Part shown: positions 36,250 through 47,263 of the stretch, piece after piece
How the letters are laid out: each line of letters begins with the position of its first letter
Numbering within the stretch: the stretch's first letter is position 1
From: a bacterium
Lineage (GTDB): Bacteria; UBA10199; 2-02-FULL-50-16; JAJFLM01
Assembly (NCBI GenBank): GCA_965216315.1
Contig: CBDCFN010000015.1
Location: forward strand, 64,001-128,000
DNA: 64,000 nucleotides
Direction of reading: 5' to 3'
Program-made: the position numbers and the translations under genes
Notes under the pieces: model-generated
Told to the model about the DNA's origin: nothing
Database searches by the model: none
The model's input: only the letters and a program-made list of their open reading frames with translations

Positions 36250-39200
36250 TTATCCGGTTTTTTTGAATAACTCAGGTTGGCTTTGATCAATATCTTGAAT
36301 GACCGCCGGGTCAAACCACTGAGCCAGCTTTTCTTTCGTCCACGACTTTTCAAGCACAAGATAACGAATGACTTCGATAGAAGCACTTCGACTTAAATAA
36401 CTTAGTTGTTCACGCAGCGGTGTATTTGGATCGATGCGATTGACATTCCTCAAGCCAAAGCGAACATCGACCGCAGCATCAGAGTCATCCGGATAAATCA
36501 GCTTTCCATCAACAAAGCGCGGTCGACTACTCTTGGTACCCGAAGGGATTACCGCACGTTGGCCTCCCGGCTTCACATCCACGTGAGGCCCGACGAGCTC
36601 TTGAACTGCGTTAAGCGACCAGCCTTTGTTTAAAATGAGATAGGTCGCCAGGTCACTTCGATCGCTAAGCGATGAGTTCGTGACGAGATCTTTTGCAGAT
36701 ACGGAACGGCGAATCGGATTCCGGGCGTGGAACCACTCAAAAACATCAATGTCACGACTCGGAAGACCACTCTCGGCACGACGCCGACTCAAGATTCCGA
36801 GAGCTTGCCGCCAACTATAGGGCTTGCTTGAATGAGGGACATGCAAGCCTTCAGCATCGATCAACGAAACCAAAGGCTTGTTTGCTGCCATGTGCGGATT
36901 CGCAATCATAAACTGCAAATCACCAGGATTTAGTCCTAGGTCAATAAGTTGGGTATGGAGTCTCAATAGCTCCACAACAGTATGTTCCGTAATCCAATGA
37001 CCATCAACCTTTTCCCAATGAGCTCCGTCAGCAACATTGGTAATAATACCGGGACGATCCATCACCCGCGTCATGCCGAGAAACTCCACGTTGCCGAGAT
37101 CGCTATTTTGAGCCAACTCTAACAAGTTCGTTTCATTGGCGATCTGCGCCGGCGTTGCAAAGCCATGATCACGCACCTTAATTGCTACGATACGTTTCTC
37201 CCCGTGCGGGCTCGTCATAACCCCCTCATACACCGTTGCGGCTGAACCCTGACCGAAAACTCTCCCGGTAAACTCGACCGATCCGCCGTTATGCGTCGGC
37301 GCCACATGACCCTTGATGCCTGGCAGAATGGGGTAATAAAAATTATCCCCGACTTTGGTCGCGGTCGTTAGGGAATTATAAAAATTCGCATCCTTGTAAT
37401 AATGAGCTCCGAAGCGATTGAGGTTCGCATCATTTTTTTGACTCGGATAGATTTCATTGCTAGGCCGAATAACGATCTTATGCCAACGCGTCGCTCGTTC
37501 ATCAAGCACCGGCACCATGCCGTCAGCATCCGGATCCGGTGCCGCCACCCGTACCCGAACAACAGCTTGTTGCGCATGACCTTTACGATAGGCCGCATAG
37601 AGGCGGTGATGGCCGTTTTCGACATAAGGAATTCCATCAATGATGACGACCTCGGGAATCTCGGAAGAAATCTGATTATTGCGGTAGGCATCTACCTGGG
37701 CTCTGAAAACGACCTCTTGCGTTGGAACCACATGAGAGAGAGGCAGATCAATGTATTGACCCGCTTTGAAGTGACTGTAATTAGGTGCAACGGCAAGATC
37801 GGCATCGGCTGTCTTACGATACAGTTCGCGTGAATACTGCATACGCTCCCACATCTGCGCTTCCATTTGATTGGGGAGCGCATTCTTCGTGACGCGACCG
37901 ATGACACTATAGCCAGCCATCCGAATCGTGCTGGCGCCGAGGCGTTCCCAGTATGTGGATGCGTCGCTATGTCCAAGCATCACTTCAGTCAGATAAGTAG
38001 AAGTCGTGGCCAACTGGACCTGGACCGCAAACATCCCGGCTCCATCTGCCGACTGCAACGCGACCCGGCGCATACCGGCACTCCCTTTGATGGCTTTTTC
38101 AAGGCCGGCTTTTTTGCCCAGGGCTTTCCAAGCGGAACCGCCACCATGAAAGGCAAAGCTCATCAGGAAATCCATGCCGGCATTCTTGTGACTAAAACGC
38201 CCGGTCAATAGGGCCTGTTGCCCTTCACTGACGTAGGCCTCGGTCACGGCCCCTGCCGTCAAGACCGTACCACGTGCAATAAATCCTCGAACGCCGCCCT
38301 GAGCCGATGCGCGGGCCACAAACGGAATACTTCCAACGCCCGCGCGAACGAGGGCTCCGGCGCCCATACTCGCGGGCAGCGTGACGACCGTCATCACGAC
38401 TTCTTTATAAATAAGGTAACGCGTCTCGTGAGAGATATTCCAGACTCGATCCATCGGGTCCTTCATGTCTTCATACAGAGTCCACGCTTTTTTGGTCAGT
38501 TCGTCGGTCTGACCCGACTCCACCTTGGCTTCAAGAAATTCAAAGGAACGCTTGAGGATGCGACGATCGATCTCTCCTTGGATCGTCATCTCGACCATGG
38601 CCTTCATCTCGGCATCGCTGGGTTTCCCACCTGGGTAGCGCTGTTTAAAAAGTTTGGGCTTGGTCTCTTTTAAGGTCTTGAGCTCTTCTTCCAGCCGTTC
38701 GCGCACTTCTGACTTGCTAAAATCACTATCCACCCGCACGTCCTTGGCAATTTCATCACCCTCTCGGGCCAGAACATCGGCCTTAATCGTATCGATATCC
38801 TTGCCGAATAGCTCGGCCAAGAGCTCAGCGGAAACTTGATAAGACCCGTCCCCACGATTCAACGATTCCGCTAACTCAAGAATCTGCACACGTCTCCCGT
38901 CCGTTTGACTGGCAGCTGCCGCAAGGCCTTCATAGGTCCACAGGCCTAATAAATTGTTGAAGTCGGGGTCTTCCGGGAAAAAACCCCTGTGATCCACCTT
39001 AAATTCACGGATCGCTTCATCGAGTGTCGCGCACTTCTCAGCACCTAAATTCGCTTTCAAACGGTAGAGTGTTGTCTTCAACCCCTCATTCGTAATATCG
39101 GCGCTTAATCCCCAACCGATGGCGTGATTACTGCGGTCGTCATGAAGCATCGCATTCTGACCCAATAACTTATCGATATATTGAATCGTATGTTGGCTGA

Positions 39201-40401
39201 GGATTTCGCGTGCCTCGCTGCGCAAACGTAGTAGCTCGGGATCTTCCGTCTCTTTGGTCGCATTGTTGACGTCCATGTAGGCCAACATCGCACGCGGCAT
39301 ATCATTTTCGAGCATAGCAACGCGGGCTTCATGATACCGTTTGACGGTCGCATGCCGCGCCGTCGTGATCGAACGACGATGATGAGCCGTCATCAGCTGC
39401 TTTTGAACACCACGCAGAATCGACAGTTGGTCGGCAGAATCGATCTCATTAAAGCCATCCGCCAACTCAAGCGTCACGTACCCATCGGCATCGGCTACGA
39501 TCGAAACATACGCGCTATATTCACCAAGGTCATCCTGGCTCAACTCGGATGCATTAGCGCTTTCGGTCAGCGGGATTATGAAATTCTCAATGGCGAGGCG
39601 CCGGCTATAGCTTTGAAAATCCTTGGCAAGGGCATCGGCTTTCGCCTTATTGCCCAGTGCCCGGTTGAGCTTGATCTCTTCGTTAAGCAGTGGAAGAACC
39701 ACCGTGGGATCATCTAGGCCCGTGGCGGCTTCACGTTGTGCTGTCGTCTCTTCAAGTAACTGGGCTAGTTGCTGATCATAGGCATTGGCGATACTCACAT
39801 AGCATTCGTCGACGATAGCCGCTTGCCCAAAAGCATCACGAGCCTCACGATAGTTACCCAGGCGATGATTCATGCACCCTAAGACCTCATACGACTTTAC
39901 ATCATCTGGATTTCCCTTGATTGAGGCACGCGTCACATCAAGTGTTGATTTGATTTCATGAAATGCATTCTTGCCATCACCGGATCGCATTGCCAATTGA
40001 GCCCGTGCGTGAGCGAGGTCGCGGACTAAATAACGGCGCTCGCTCGCCATATGAAGATCCAACTCGGCAAATTTTTGATAAGCAGCCTCAGTGATATCCA
40101 GTTGGACACTCGCAGCGGCAACATCCCCGGCCTGAATCAATCGATTCAATTTAGCGAGTTCCGTTTCGACGTGAGATGCTGGAGTCGAATCGAGGGGAGC
40201 AAAAAGTTTATTCGGTTCGGCTCCCATCAAGCAATCCGGCGCTTCCGGCGTCTCTTCGGAGCAATAAATAGACTCATCCGAGGAGGTGAATGTAGATGAC
40301 GTCATCTCATTTTCGAGTGCTACCGCTTCCTCGCGGGAGTCCAATACGGGTCCGTAGACGAGAATTTCGTTATCCAGTTTGTCAGAAGCTTCTCTTACCA
40401 T
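36250..40401 (-). CDS. 1383-aa multidomain orphan: TPR-like, Gly/Ala hydrophobic segment, ParB/Srx-like and protein-kinase-like domains
   Basis: GGAGGAGG SD; YEVLGCMNHRLGNYREARDAFGQA (TPR); VVPTQEVV...PYVENGHHRLYAA (ParB); FGQGSAATVY, VAIK, GDLQFMI, LIDAEG (kinase-like). Confidence 0.8.
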   Translation of the reverse strand: MVREASDKLDNEILVYGPVLDSREEAVALENEMTSSTFTSSDESIYCSEETPEAPDCLMGAEPNKLFAPLDSTPASHVETELAKLNRLIQAGDVAAASVQLDITEAAYQKFAELDLHMASERRYLVRDLAHARAQLAMRSGDGKNAFHEIKSTLDVTRASIKGNPDDVKSYEVLGCMNHRLGNYREARDAFGQAAIVDECYVSIANAYDQQLAQLLEETTAQREAATGLDDPTVVLPLLNEEIKLNRALGNKAKADALAKDFQSYSRRLAIENFIIPLTESANASELSQDDLGEYSAYVSIVADADGYVTLELADGFNEIDSADQLSILRGVQKQLMTAHHRRSITTARHATVKRYHEARVAMLENDMPRAMLAYMDVNNATKETEDPELLRLRSEAREILSQHTIQYIDKLLGQNAMLHDDRSNHAIGWGLSADITNEGLKTTLYRLKANLGAEKCATLDEAIREFKVDHRGFFPEDPDFNNLLGLWTYEGLAAAASQTDGRRVQILELAESLNRGDGSYQVSAELLAELFGKDIDTIKADVLAREGDEIAKDVRVDSDFSKSEVRERLEEELKTLKETKPKLFKQRYPGGKPSDAEMKAMVEMTIQGEIDRRILKRSFEFLEAKVESGQTDELTKKAWTLYEDMKDPMDRVWNISHETRYLIYKEVVMTVVTLPASMGAGALVRAGVGSIPFVARASAQGGVRGFIARGTVLTAGAVTEAYVSEGQQALLTGRFSHKNAGMDFLMSFAFHGGGSAWKALGKKAGLEKAIKGSAGMRRVALQSADGAGMFAVQVQLATTSTYLTEVMLGHSDASTYWERLGASTIRMAGYSVIGRVTKNALPNQMEAQMWERMQYSRELYRKTADADLAVAPNYSHFKAGQYIDLPLSHVVPTQEVVFRAQVDAYRNNQISSEIPEVVIIDGIPYVENGHHRLYAAYRKGHAQQAVVRVRVAAPDPDADGMVPVLDERATRWHKIVIRPSNEIYPSQKNDANLNRFGAHYYKDANFYNSLTTATKVGDNFYYPILPGIKGHVAPTHNGGSVEFTGRVFGQGSAATVYEGVMTSPHGEKRIVAIKVRDHGFATPAQIANETNLLELAQNSDLGNVEFLGMTRVMDRPGIITNVADGAHWEKVDGHWITEHTVVELLRLHTQLIDLGLNPGDLQFMIANPHMAANKPLVSLIDAEGLHVPHSSKPYSWRQALGILSRRRAESGLPSRDIDVFEWFHARNPIRRSVSAKDLVTNSSLSDRSDLATYLILNKGWSLNAVQELVGPHVDVKPGGQRAVIPSGTKSSRPRFVDGKLIYPDDSDAAVDVRFGLRNVNRIDPNTPLREQLSYLSRSASIEVIRYLVLEKSWTKEKLAQWFDPAVIQDIDQSQPELFKKTG

Positions 40402-40423
40402 GTTCGCACCTCCTCCCCCCTAC

Positions 40424-40449
40424 TATCGCAATCGTTGTGCCAGAGTCGG
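40424..40449 (-). promoter_or_regulatory. Shared motif copy 5 (variant): CCGAC-N16-CGATA, 22 nt before ATG 40401
   Basis: Minus strand reads ccgac tctggcacaacgattg cgata gtaggggggaggaggtgcgaac ATG. Confidence 0.5.
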
Positions 40450-40588
40450 GTAGGAGAAAAAATTCTAACTGTGGATTATTATAGGGCTAATTTTGATGCA
40501 CCGATTTGCCGCAGCGCACTATGCCCCTAGATGGGTCCGGTGGTCACGCGCCAAAACGTACACTTTTTATACGAAATAAACGATGCCG

Positions 40589-43435
40589 CTAGGCTCGGGC
40601 CTGGCGCTTTTTTGGCGCGGACGGCAGGACTTCTTTGAGATATTGTCCGGTATAGGACTTGCGATGTGCGGCGACTTCCTCCGGTGTTCCTTGAACCACG
40701 ATGGTCCCGCCTCCGTCACCGCCCTCCGGGCCAAGATCAATGACCCAGTCGGCCGTTTTGATGACATCGAGGTTGTGCTCGATGATAATGACGGTATTCC
40801 CGCCTTCGACAAGACGATCAAGAACCTCTAACAACATATGAATATCCGCAAAATGCAGCCCCGTCGTCGGCTCATCGAGGATGTAAAGTGTCTTTCCTGT
40901 CGAACGCTTGGAAAGCTCTCGAGATAACTTGATACGTTGGGCCTCCCCGCCTGACAAAGTTGTCGCGGCCTGACCTAACTCCACATACCCAAGCCCAACG
41001 GCAACCAAAGTATCCAACTTATTACGGATCGCCGGAATCTTAGCAAAAAATTCATGCGCCTCTTCGACCGTCATCTTGAGGACATCGGCAATGTTCTTGC
41101 CTTTATAAAGAATCTCTAAAGTTTCACGATTAAAACGCTGGCCACGACAGACTTCGCACTCCACATAGACATCGGGAAGAAAATGCATCTCAATCTTGAT
41201 AATGCCATCCCCTTCACAGGCCTCACAACGCCCGCCTTTAACATTAAAAGAGAATCGCCCCGGTTTATATCCGCGCAGCTTGGCCTCGTTGAGACTCGCA
41301 AAAAGATCACGTACCGGTGTAAACACTTGCGTATAAGTTGCCGGATTAGATCTTGGGGTGCGCCCAATCGGTGACTGATCGATATCGATCACTTTATCGA
41401 TAAACTCGAGTCCTTCAATAGAATCATGTTCTCCTCCGGGATCACGCGCCCCGTTGAGCTGATGTGCCAGGGATTTATATAAAGTGTCATTGATCAACGT
41501 ACTCTTTCCGGAACCCGATACTCCGGTAATGCAAATGCGTAAACCCAAGGGAAACTCGACATCAACGGATTTGAGATTATTTTCGCGCGCACCTTTAAGC
41601 ACCAACGCCTTTCCATTCGCTAAATGGCGCTTGGCTGGGATGGGAATGCTCTTTTTCCCGGAGAGATACTGCCCGGTCAGCGACTTCGGATCCGCCATAA
41701 TGTGCTCCGGCGCTCCTTCGGAAACTATCTTACCACCGTGAACGCCGGCACCTGGCCCCATATCGATAAGATAGTCCGCTTCTTGCATCGTGTTTTCATC
41801 ATGTTCAACGACGAGGACGGTGTTGCCTAGATCACGCAGGCGGGTCAGGGTTGCAATGAGCCGATCGTTATCGCGTTGATGGAGCCCAATTGACGGCTCA
41901 TCAAGGATATAGAGCACCCCGACAAGACTAGCTCCAATCTGCGTTGCTAAGCGAATTCGTTGCGCCTCGCCGCCTGACAAACTCCCGGCCCGACGATCCA
42001 GCGTCAAATAAGCCAACCCGACATTATTCATAAAACTGAGGCGATCGCGAATTTCTTTTAAAATGCGTTCTGCAATCTTGGCGTCTTTCTTGCTCAATTT
42101 GAGTTTATCAAACCACTCCAGCGCTTTGCCGATCGAAAAATGGGTCACATCATCGATATTCAATTTGCTTATCTTAATGGAAAGAGCCTCATGACGCAGC
42201 CGCGACCCCTTACAGGTCGGGCACTTTTGCACCGTCATGTATTTCTCTAATTCTTCACGAATCACTTCGCTATCGGTTTCATGGTAGCGACGATCCAGGT
42301 TGGGAATAACCCCCTCAAACGCTTCACTGTAATGCGAAACCTTGTCCCCTAAATCGTATTCGAAATCGACTTTGTCCTTGCCTCCATAGAGAATCAATTT
42401 TTGGATCTTCTTGGGCAACTTATTAAATGCCGTGTAGACATCAAATTTATAGTGCTTGGCGAGACTTTCAAGCTGGTTCCAGTAATAATCTTCGTAACGA
42501 CCACTCCAGGGGCGAATCGCTCCATCGCGCAAAGATTGTTCCGGTTGTGGGACAACGCTTTTCTCGTCAAAAAACTGCTTAACCCCTAAACCATTACAAT
42601 CAGCACAGGCTCCCTGCGGATTATTGAAAGAAAACATCTGCGGGTTGATATCTGGATAGCTGACACCACAATCGATACAAGCAAATTTCTCTGAAAACAT
42701 CGCGGTTTCACCGCCAAGCACTTCAACCTTAACAAGCCCCTCCGCATGACGTAACGCTGTCTCCAGTGAATCCGCTAAGCGAGCTTCGATACCATCCTTT
42801 AGAATGAGTCGATCAACAAATAGGTCAATGTCGTGACGCTTTTTCTTATCGATCTCGATTCTGTCGGCTAAATCATAAATTTCTCCATCAACGCGAACAC
42901 GTACAAAGCCCTGTTTGGTGAACTCGCGTAGTTCTTTGCTGTATTCACCTTTTCGACTTCGCACAATGGGCGCCAAAATATGGAGCTTACTGCCTTTCTT
43001 GAATTTCAGCACCTGATCGACCATTTGACTGATTGTTTGGGCAGAGATTGTCTTTCCGCATTTAAAGCAAAAGGGTTGGCCAACCCGCGCAAAAAGTAAG
43101 CGCAAATAATCATAGAGCTCCGTCACCGTTCCAACGGTAGAGCGTGGATTGTTACTTGTTTTCTTTTGTTCGATTGAAATAGCCGGAGAAAGCCCCTCAA
43201 TCGTGTCGACCTCAGGCTTGCCCATCTGTTCCAAAAACTGCCGGGCATAGGCCGATAACGATTCTACATAGCGTCGCTGTCCTTCGGCATAAAGGGTGTC
43301 AAACGCGAGTGAAGACTTTCCTGACCCCGAAAGCCCCGTAATTACTACGAGCTTATTCCGAGGAATCGTCACGTTGACGTTCTTGAGGTTATGTTGTCTG
43401 GCACCCCGGACAATGATTTCTTGTGGCTCTGTCAT
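40589..43435 (-). CDS. uvrA: Excinuclease ABC subunit A
   Basis: [18 protein letters not shown], two LSGGEAQRI signatures, zinc fingers. Confidence 0.98.
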   Translation of the reverse strand: MTEPQEIIVRGARQHNLKNVNVTIPRNKLVVITGLSGSGKSSLAFDTLYAEGQRRYVESLSAYARQFLEQMGKPEVDTIEGLSPAISIEQKKTSNNPRSTVGTVTELYDYLRLLFARVGQPFCFKCGKTISAQTISQMVDQVLKFKKGSKLHILAPIVRSRKGEYSKELREFTKQGFVRVRVDGEIYDLADRIEIDKKKRHDIDLFVDRLILKDGIEARLADSLETALRHAEGLVKVEVLGGETAMFSEKFACIDCGVSYPDINPQMFSFNNPQGACADCNGLGVKQFFDEKSVVPQPEQSLRDGAIRPWSGRYEDYYWNQLESLAKHYKFDVYTAFNKLPKKIQKLILYGGKDKVDFEYDLGDKVSHYSEAFEGVIPNLDRRYHETDSEVIREELEKYMTVQKCPTCKGSRLRHEALSIKISKLNIDDVTHFSIGKALEWFDKLKLSKKDAKIAERILKEIRDRLSFMNNVGLAYLTLDRRAGSLSGGEAQRIRLATQIGASLVGVLYILDEPSIGLHQRDNDRLIATLTRLRDLGNTVLVVEHDENTMQEADYLIDMGPGAGVHGGKIVSEGAPEHIMADPKSLTGQYLSGKKSIPIPAKRHLANGKALVLKGARENNLKSVDVEFPLGLRICITGVSGSGKSTLINDTLYKSLAHQLNGARDPGGEHDSIEGLEFIDKVIDIDQSPIGRTPRSNPATYTQVFTPVRDLFASLNEAKLRGYKPGRFSFNVKGGRCEACEGDGIIKIEMHFLPDVYVECEVCRGQRFNRETLEILYKGKNIADVLKMTVEEAHEFFAKIPAIRNKLDTLVAVGLGYVELGQAATTLSGGEAQRIKLSRELSKRSTGKTLYILDEPTTGLHFADIHMLLEVLDRLVEGGNTVIIIEHNLDVIKTADWVIDLGPEGGDGGGTIVVQGTPEEVAAHRKSYTGQYLKEVLPSAPKKRQARA

Positions 43436-43537
43436 CCCAATCCTTCAGCTTAGTCGTTCTCTCTCATTCGCGCAATACCCGTCTTAGTGGTTTGTCAGGA
43501 GTCTTCGGCTAAGTCTTGAATATGTTGTGTTTTTTTC

Positions 43538-43891
43538 TCAGAGGATGGCGAGGACGCTTTCTGGAGGGCGACCTAGAGCCGCCTTGGAACCCTTGACCAC
43601 AATTGGTCGCTCAATGAGAACGGGGTTTTCCACCATCAGCCGGATCCATTCCTGGCGGGAACGCTCATCTGTCTTTTTCAAGCCCAAATCCTTAAAAGTC
43701 GCTTCTTTGGTGCGAATCACTTCGATGGGCTCTTTGCCGAGGGCCTTTAATACTTCTTCCAGTTTTGTGGCGGACGGTGGCGATTTAAGATATTCAATGA
43801 CTTCGGCATGAATCCCCTGCTCTTCTAATAAGGCCAGCGTCTGCCGACTCTTGGAACAGCGGGGGTTATGATAGATGGTCACTTTAGACAT
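43538..43891 (-). CDS. arsC: Arsenate reductase (glutaredoxin-dependent ArsC family)
   Basis: YHNPRCSKSR, LIERPIV, GRPPE. Confidence 0.9.
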   Translation of the reverse strand: MSKVTIYHNPRCSKSRQTLALLEEQGIHAEVIEYLKSPPSATKLEEVLKALGKEPIEVIRTKEATFKDLGLKKTDERSRQEWIRLMVENPVLIERPIVVKGSKAALGRPPESVLAIL

Positions 43892-43932
43892 TGTCAGCTC
43901 CTTGTTGATTAAGGAGCTATTCCTAACCCAAT

Positions 43933-44130
43933 CTACGGAATTGTCAGCAAAAATCGCTCCGAAATAATAATGATAAGTGAAACAATAGAAACAAAACCTC
44001 CGCTGGTTAAAAGCAGAAAAAGGAGCACCTTCCAGACATACGAACTATTGTGGTCCTCCGGTTTCAATAAATTTTCCATTGCCCGCATATCGTATCTATC
44101 CCAGGATTGGATAGAGTTCTTACGCATCAT
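43933..44130 (-). CDS. Small single-TM protein
   Basis: AAGGAGG SD; 65 aa with a C-terminal hydrophobic helix. Confidence 0.6.
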   Translation of the reverse strand: MMRKNSIQSWDRYDMRAMENLLKPEDHNSSYVWKVLLFLLLTSGGFVSIVSLIIIISERFLLTIP

Positions 44131-44149
44131 GACTTTTCCTCCTTATTAA

Positions 44150-44179
44150 GGGTCCGGCACCCTAATGGGTGCCGGACCC
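44150..44179. terminator. Perfect 13-bp stem-loop
   Basis: GGGTCCGGCACCC-taat-GGGTGCCGGACCC, downstream of the lipoprotein gene and directly before the SD of the 65-aa gene. Confidence 0.55.
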
Positions 44180-44240
44180 CATAGAACGAGAAGGCCACTC
44201 CAGCGCGGCCCCACGTTCCCCCTAAGAGTCCTTGCTTCAA

Positions 44241-45077
44241 TCAAGGTTCTGTCGTCCCTTCCGCAAGCGGATCATCTTGCTCGTCCGGATCCAATTTATT
44301 ATCGTCATCCTGATCTTCGAATAAATCAGCCGACAGTTTTAAATTATTAATAATTGCTTGATGCGTTTCTGTATTATTGTCTTTATCGATCAATATGATC
44401 GGCTCCTCATTTTCATCGAAGCTCACCTCAAGCGATGCGGTATTCAGGGCTGTACTTACAAACCATTGGTCCAAATCAAAAGCGATAAAGAAACGATCTA
44501 ACGAACCTGCCGCATTGATATTAAATCCACCCTCTTCATTTTCTAGCTTAAATTCTTCATCGACTTCGAGCGACACGCGAAATTTTAGTCCATCGCCACG
44601 CGTCCCCTCAATAAGAACACTCTTACCCGCGATCGTATCGCCTTCGCTCACATTACTATCAAGTTTCTTCAAAATCAGCTTGATACGACAGTACGCACCG
44701 GCAGGTATATTGATTTCTTCCAACCCCGAAACAGTTCCCGTTTCGAGCAGGTCTACAACGAAAGGCCCATCAAAACGCAACGGATCCTTCTCCTCTTGAC
44801 TCAACTCCTGAGATACGGGCTCGCTATCTTCACAGCCAAGCGCAGGACGGAAACGTATTTGATCTAGAACAATCTGTGCTGTCGTGACATCCAGACCGCT
44901 GACAGTCAGATCTCCCCATTGCAAGGCCTGTAACAACGATGATTGGTAACCGACGATGCTAATAGCGACACCACCGGTGGGCTTTTTAGGATTCCCTATT
45001 TCCGATCCGCCCTGGCCGCAAGCGACATACGAAAGGATAAATAGGACTAAGCTGGAGTATGAAAGAAATGTCTTCAT
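44241..45077 (-). CDS. Lipoprotein, DUF4382-like; paralog of 4050-4832
   Basis: Lipobox YVAC-GQGG; shares motif blocks with 4050-4832; ATGA overlap with upstream gene. Confidence 0.8.
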   Translation of the reverse strand: MKTFLSYSSLVLFILSYVACGQGGSEIGNPKKPTGGVAISIVGYQSSLLQALQWGDLTVSGLDVTTAQIVLDQIRFRPALGCEDSEPVSQELSQEEKDPLRFDGPFVVDLLETGTVSGLEEINIPAGAYCRIKLILKKLDSNVSEGDTIAGKSVLIEGTRGDGLKFRVSLEVDEEFKLENEEGGFNINAAGSLDRFFIAFDLDQWFVSTALNTASLEVSFDENEEPIILIDKDNNTETHQAIINNLKLSADLFEDQDDDNKLDPDEQDDPLAEGTTEP

Positions 45078-45928
45078 GACGTTTCCTTTCGTTGTAACTT
45101 GGTTAGGGGGAACATTTGAATATTGACCTGAGCGACTTCCTCAGGCTCACTCGTAACCGAAACAAGCTTCAGGATTTCCTGTCTGAATTCATGAATTTTC
45201 TGTTTTAATACAGGAATCTGATCTCTTGTAATGCCAAGCGTCATGGCACTGACATCCCGCATTTCCGAATCAACCTCTTCAAGAATATCCTGACTGAGCG
45301 CGAGTAAGTTCTTATGATAGTTGAATACCGTTAAAGATTGAACTTCTGAACCGGTCGAAACAACTGAACTTGATTGTTTCCATTGGCCATCTGGAGCCAT
45401 TTCAAGAAGACCTAATTTTTCTAAAAGTTCGAGGGATTTTTGAACCTGTTGTTCAGAGATTTCCGGGTAGATCCGTTTAACAATCCAGGCCGGCGTCCCA
45501 TCAAAATCTTTTGCCGTAGCCAGTTCACGAATTACCGTGTGGTACCAACTAGAACAATACTCATATTGATGTTTCTCAATGGGTTTAAGCTGAGTATATT
45601 TTCGCGATTGTAAGAGACGCTGATAAAATTTGTCTTTCTCTTCGTGAGTCTTAGCCTGATTAAAACAAACAAGGTTATGAAAGAATTCCGTTTCTTGTTT
45701 ATTAAGCTTGAGACCTGTGGAAAATTTTACAATACTCTCTTCAGTGAGATTGCGCTTTCCTTCCATGACGAGTTTGTAAAAATTCGTCGACCGAAACCCA
45801 GCTCGTTCTGAAAAAGTACGAAATGAAAAAGAGGCACGCGTCTGCTTCTTTTTATCATACCAGGCCCGAAGAAATTTTCGATAATCGAGATATTTGAAGA
45901 TATTGACCGGTGAGGAGGGTCGCCGCAT
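45074..45928 (-). CDS. TIGR02147/DUF4423 family protein; paralog of 3211-4053
   Basis: IFKYLDYRKFLRAWY, RLLQSRKYTQLKPIE, FNYHKNLLALS, EFRQEILKLV. Confidence 0.85.
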   Translation of the reverse strand: MRRPSSPVNIFKYLDYRKFLRAWYDKKKQTRASFSFRTFSERAGFRSTNFYKLVMEGKRNLTEESIVKFSTGLKLNKQETEFFHNLVCFNQAKTHEEKDKFYQRLLQSRKYTQLKPIEKHQYEYCSSWYHTVIRELATAKDFDGTPAWIVKRIYPEISEQQVQKSLELLEKLGLLEMAPDGQWKQSSSVVSTGSEVQSLTVFNYHKNLLALSQDILEEVDSEMRDVSAMTLGITRDQIPVLKQKIHEFRQEILKLVSVTSEPEEVAQVNIQMFPLTKLQRKETS

Positions 45929-46084
45929 CCTCTATTGATACGGCCGCCCGGCAAGGAGGTCAAGCATTTACGATATTTTAAGTATACTCTTGTACTTGCA
46001 TATCTATATAACTTAGTGAAAAATAACAGTATATTTGAAATAAATAAAATTTTATTCTTTTTTCTGTACTGATTGTGAGCGGTC

Positions 46085-47263
46085 CTACCCGTAAAGACAG
46101 TACCTCCGCCTCTCCTCTCGAAAAGCCTCCATTTCCTCCGGCCAAGAAGCCATATAGGCGTCTAATGATTGGTTGTGAATGAGACAATTTCGATAGATAT
46201 CACTGCCCGTTAAGAGGTCAATCGCTGGTATATCCGTCACAAACTCATAAGGCTTTTCGCGCCACCGGAAATCATCGGGATAAAGATCATGGATCGTCTT
46301 GAGTAGAATCAAACCTGCCTTAAAGGACTCAAACTTATCTCGGTCCAAAACGTGGACTTGAACGCCAAAACATTCCTTACGTTGACATTTTTGATAATTC
46401 GGTTTGAAACTTGTGGGCCTGAAATACACTCCGGATAAATCTTGCTTATTGAGAGCGTCGGAGAGTCCGCGCGCTTCTATATAAGGAGCCCCAATCCACT
46501 CAAACGGCATCGTCGTGCCACGTCCCTCCGAGAGCTCGGTCGCCTCAATCAAACACATACCCGGATAGACAATTCCTGCTTGCAATGTCGGCATATTAGG
46601 TGACGGAGGAACAAAAGTCAGTCCGGTTTGATCATAATAATACTCGCGTAACCAACCTGTCATCGGAATGACCGTTAAGTCGCACCCGAATTGTTCCGTC
46701 TCATTGAAATATTGAGCTAATTCTCCAATAGTCATGCCATGGCGCACGGGCAGGGGATACAGACCTACAAAGGAAGCAAACTCCCGCTGCAACATGTTAC
46801 CTTCTATCGTAATACCATTGAGAGGATTGGGGCGATCTAAGACAATCACCGGCTTATCCGCTGCGGCACAGGCCTCCATGCACAAGGCTACCGTATAGAT
46901 ATAGGTATAATAGCGTGATCCAATATCCTGCAGGTCACACACTAGAACATCAAAACGATCCAGATCTTCTGGCTTCGGCTTGAGCGACTCAAGCGTCGTC
47001 CCGTACAAACTGATCACGTCGAGCCCTGTCCCCGGATCAATTGACGTACTAACGCCTTCCATATCCTGCGCGGTTCCATATAAGCCATGCTCAGGGCCAA
47101 AAAGAACTGTCAGGTTCACTTCCGGATGTTCATCCAGGAGGGTCGGCGTAAACCGCAGCTGTCGATCGACACTGGCCACATGAGCTAACAGCGCCACCCG
47201 CTTTCCCTTCAAGAGATGCATATGCTCCGCGAGCAAATTATCAATCCCCAAGTGAACCGACAC
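46085..47263 (-). CDS. namZ: Exo-beta-N-acetylmuramidase NamZ (DUF1343/YbbC)
   Basis: LFGPEHG, DLQDIGSRYYTY, LDRPNP, RHGMTIGELA, PSPNMP, SEGRGT. Confidence 0.9.
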   Translation of the reverse strand: MSVHLGIDNLLAEHMHLLKGKRVALLAHVASVDRQLRFTPTLLDEHPEVNLTVLFGPEHGLYGTAQDMEGVSTSIDPGTGLDVISLYGTTLESLKPKPEDLDRFDVLVCDLQDIGSRYYTYIYTVALCMEACAAADKPVIVLDRPNPLNGITIEGNMLQREFASFVGLYPLPVRHGMTIGELAQYFNETEQFGCDLTVIPMTGWLREYYYDQTGLTFVPPSPNMPTLQAGIVYPGMCLIEATELSEGRGTTMPFEWIGAPYIEARGLSDALNKQDLSGVYFRPTSFKPNYQKCQRKECFGVQVHVLDRDKFESFKAGLILLKTIHDLYPDDFRWREKPYEFVTDIPAIDLLTGSDIYRNCLIHNQSLDAYMASWPEEMEAFREERRRYCLYG

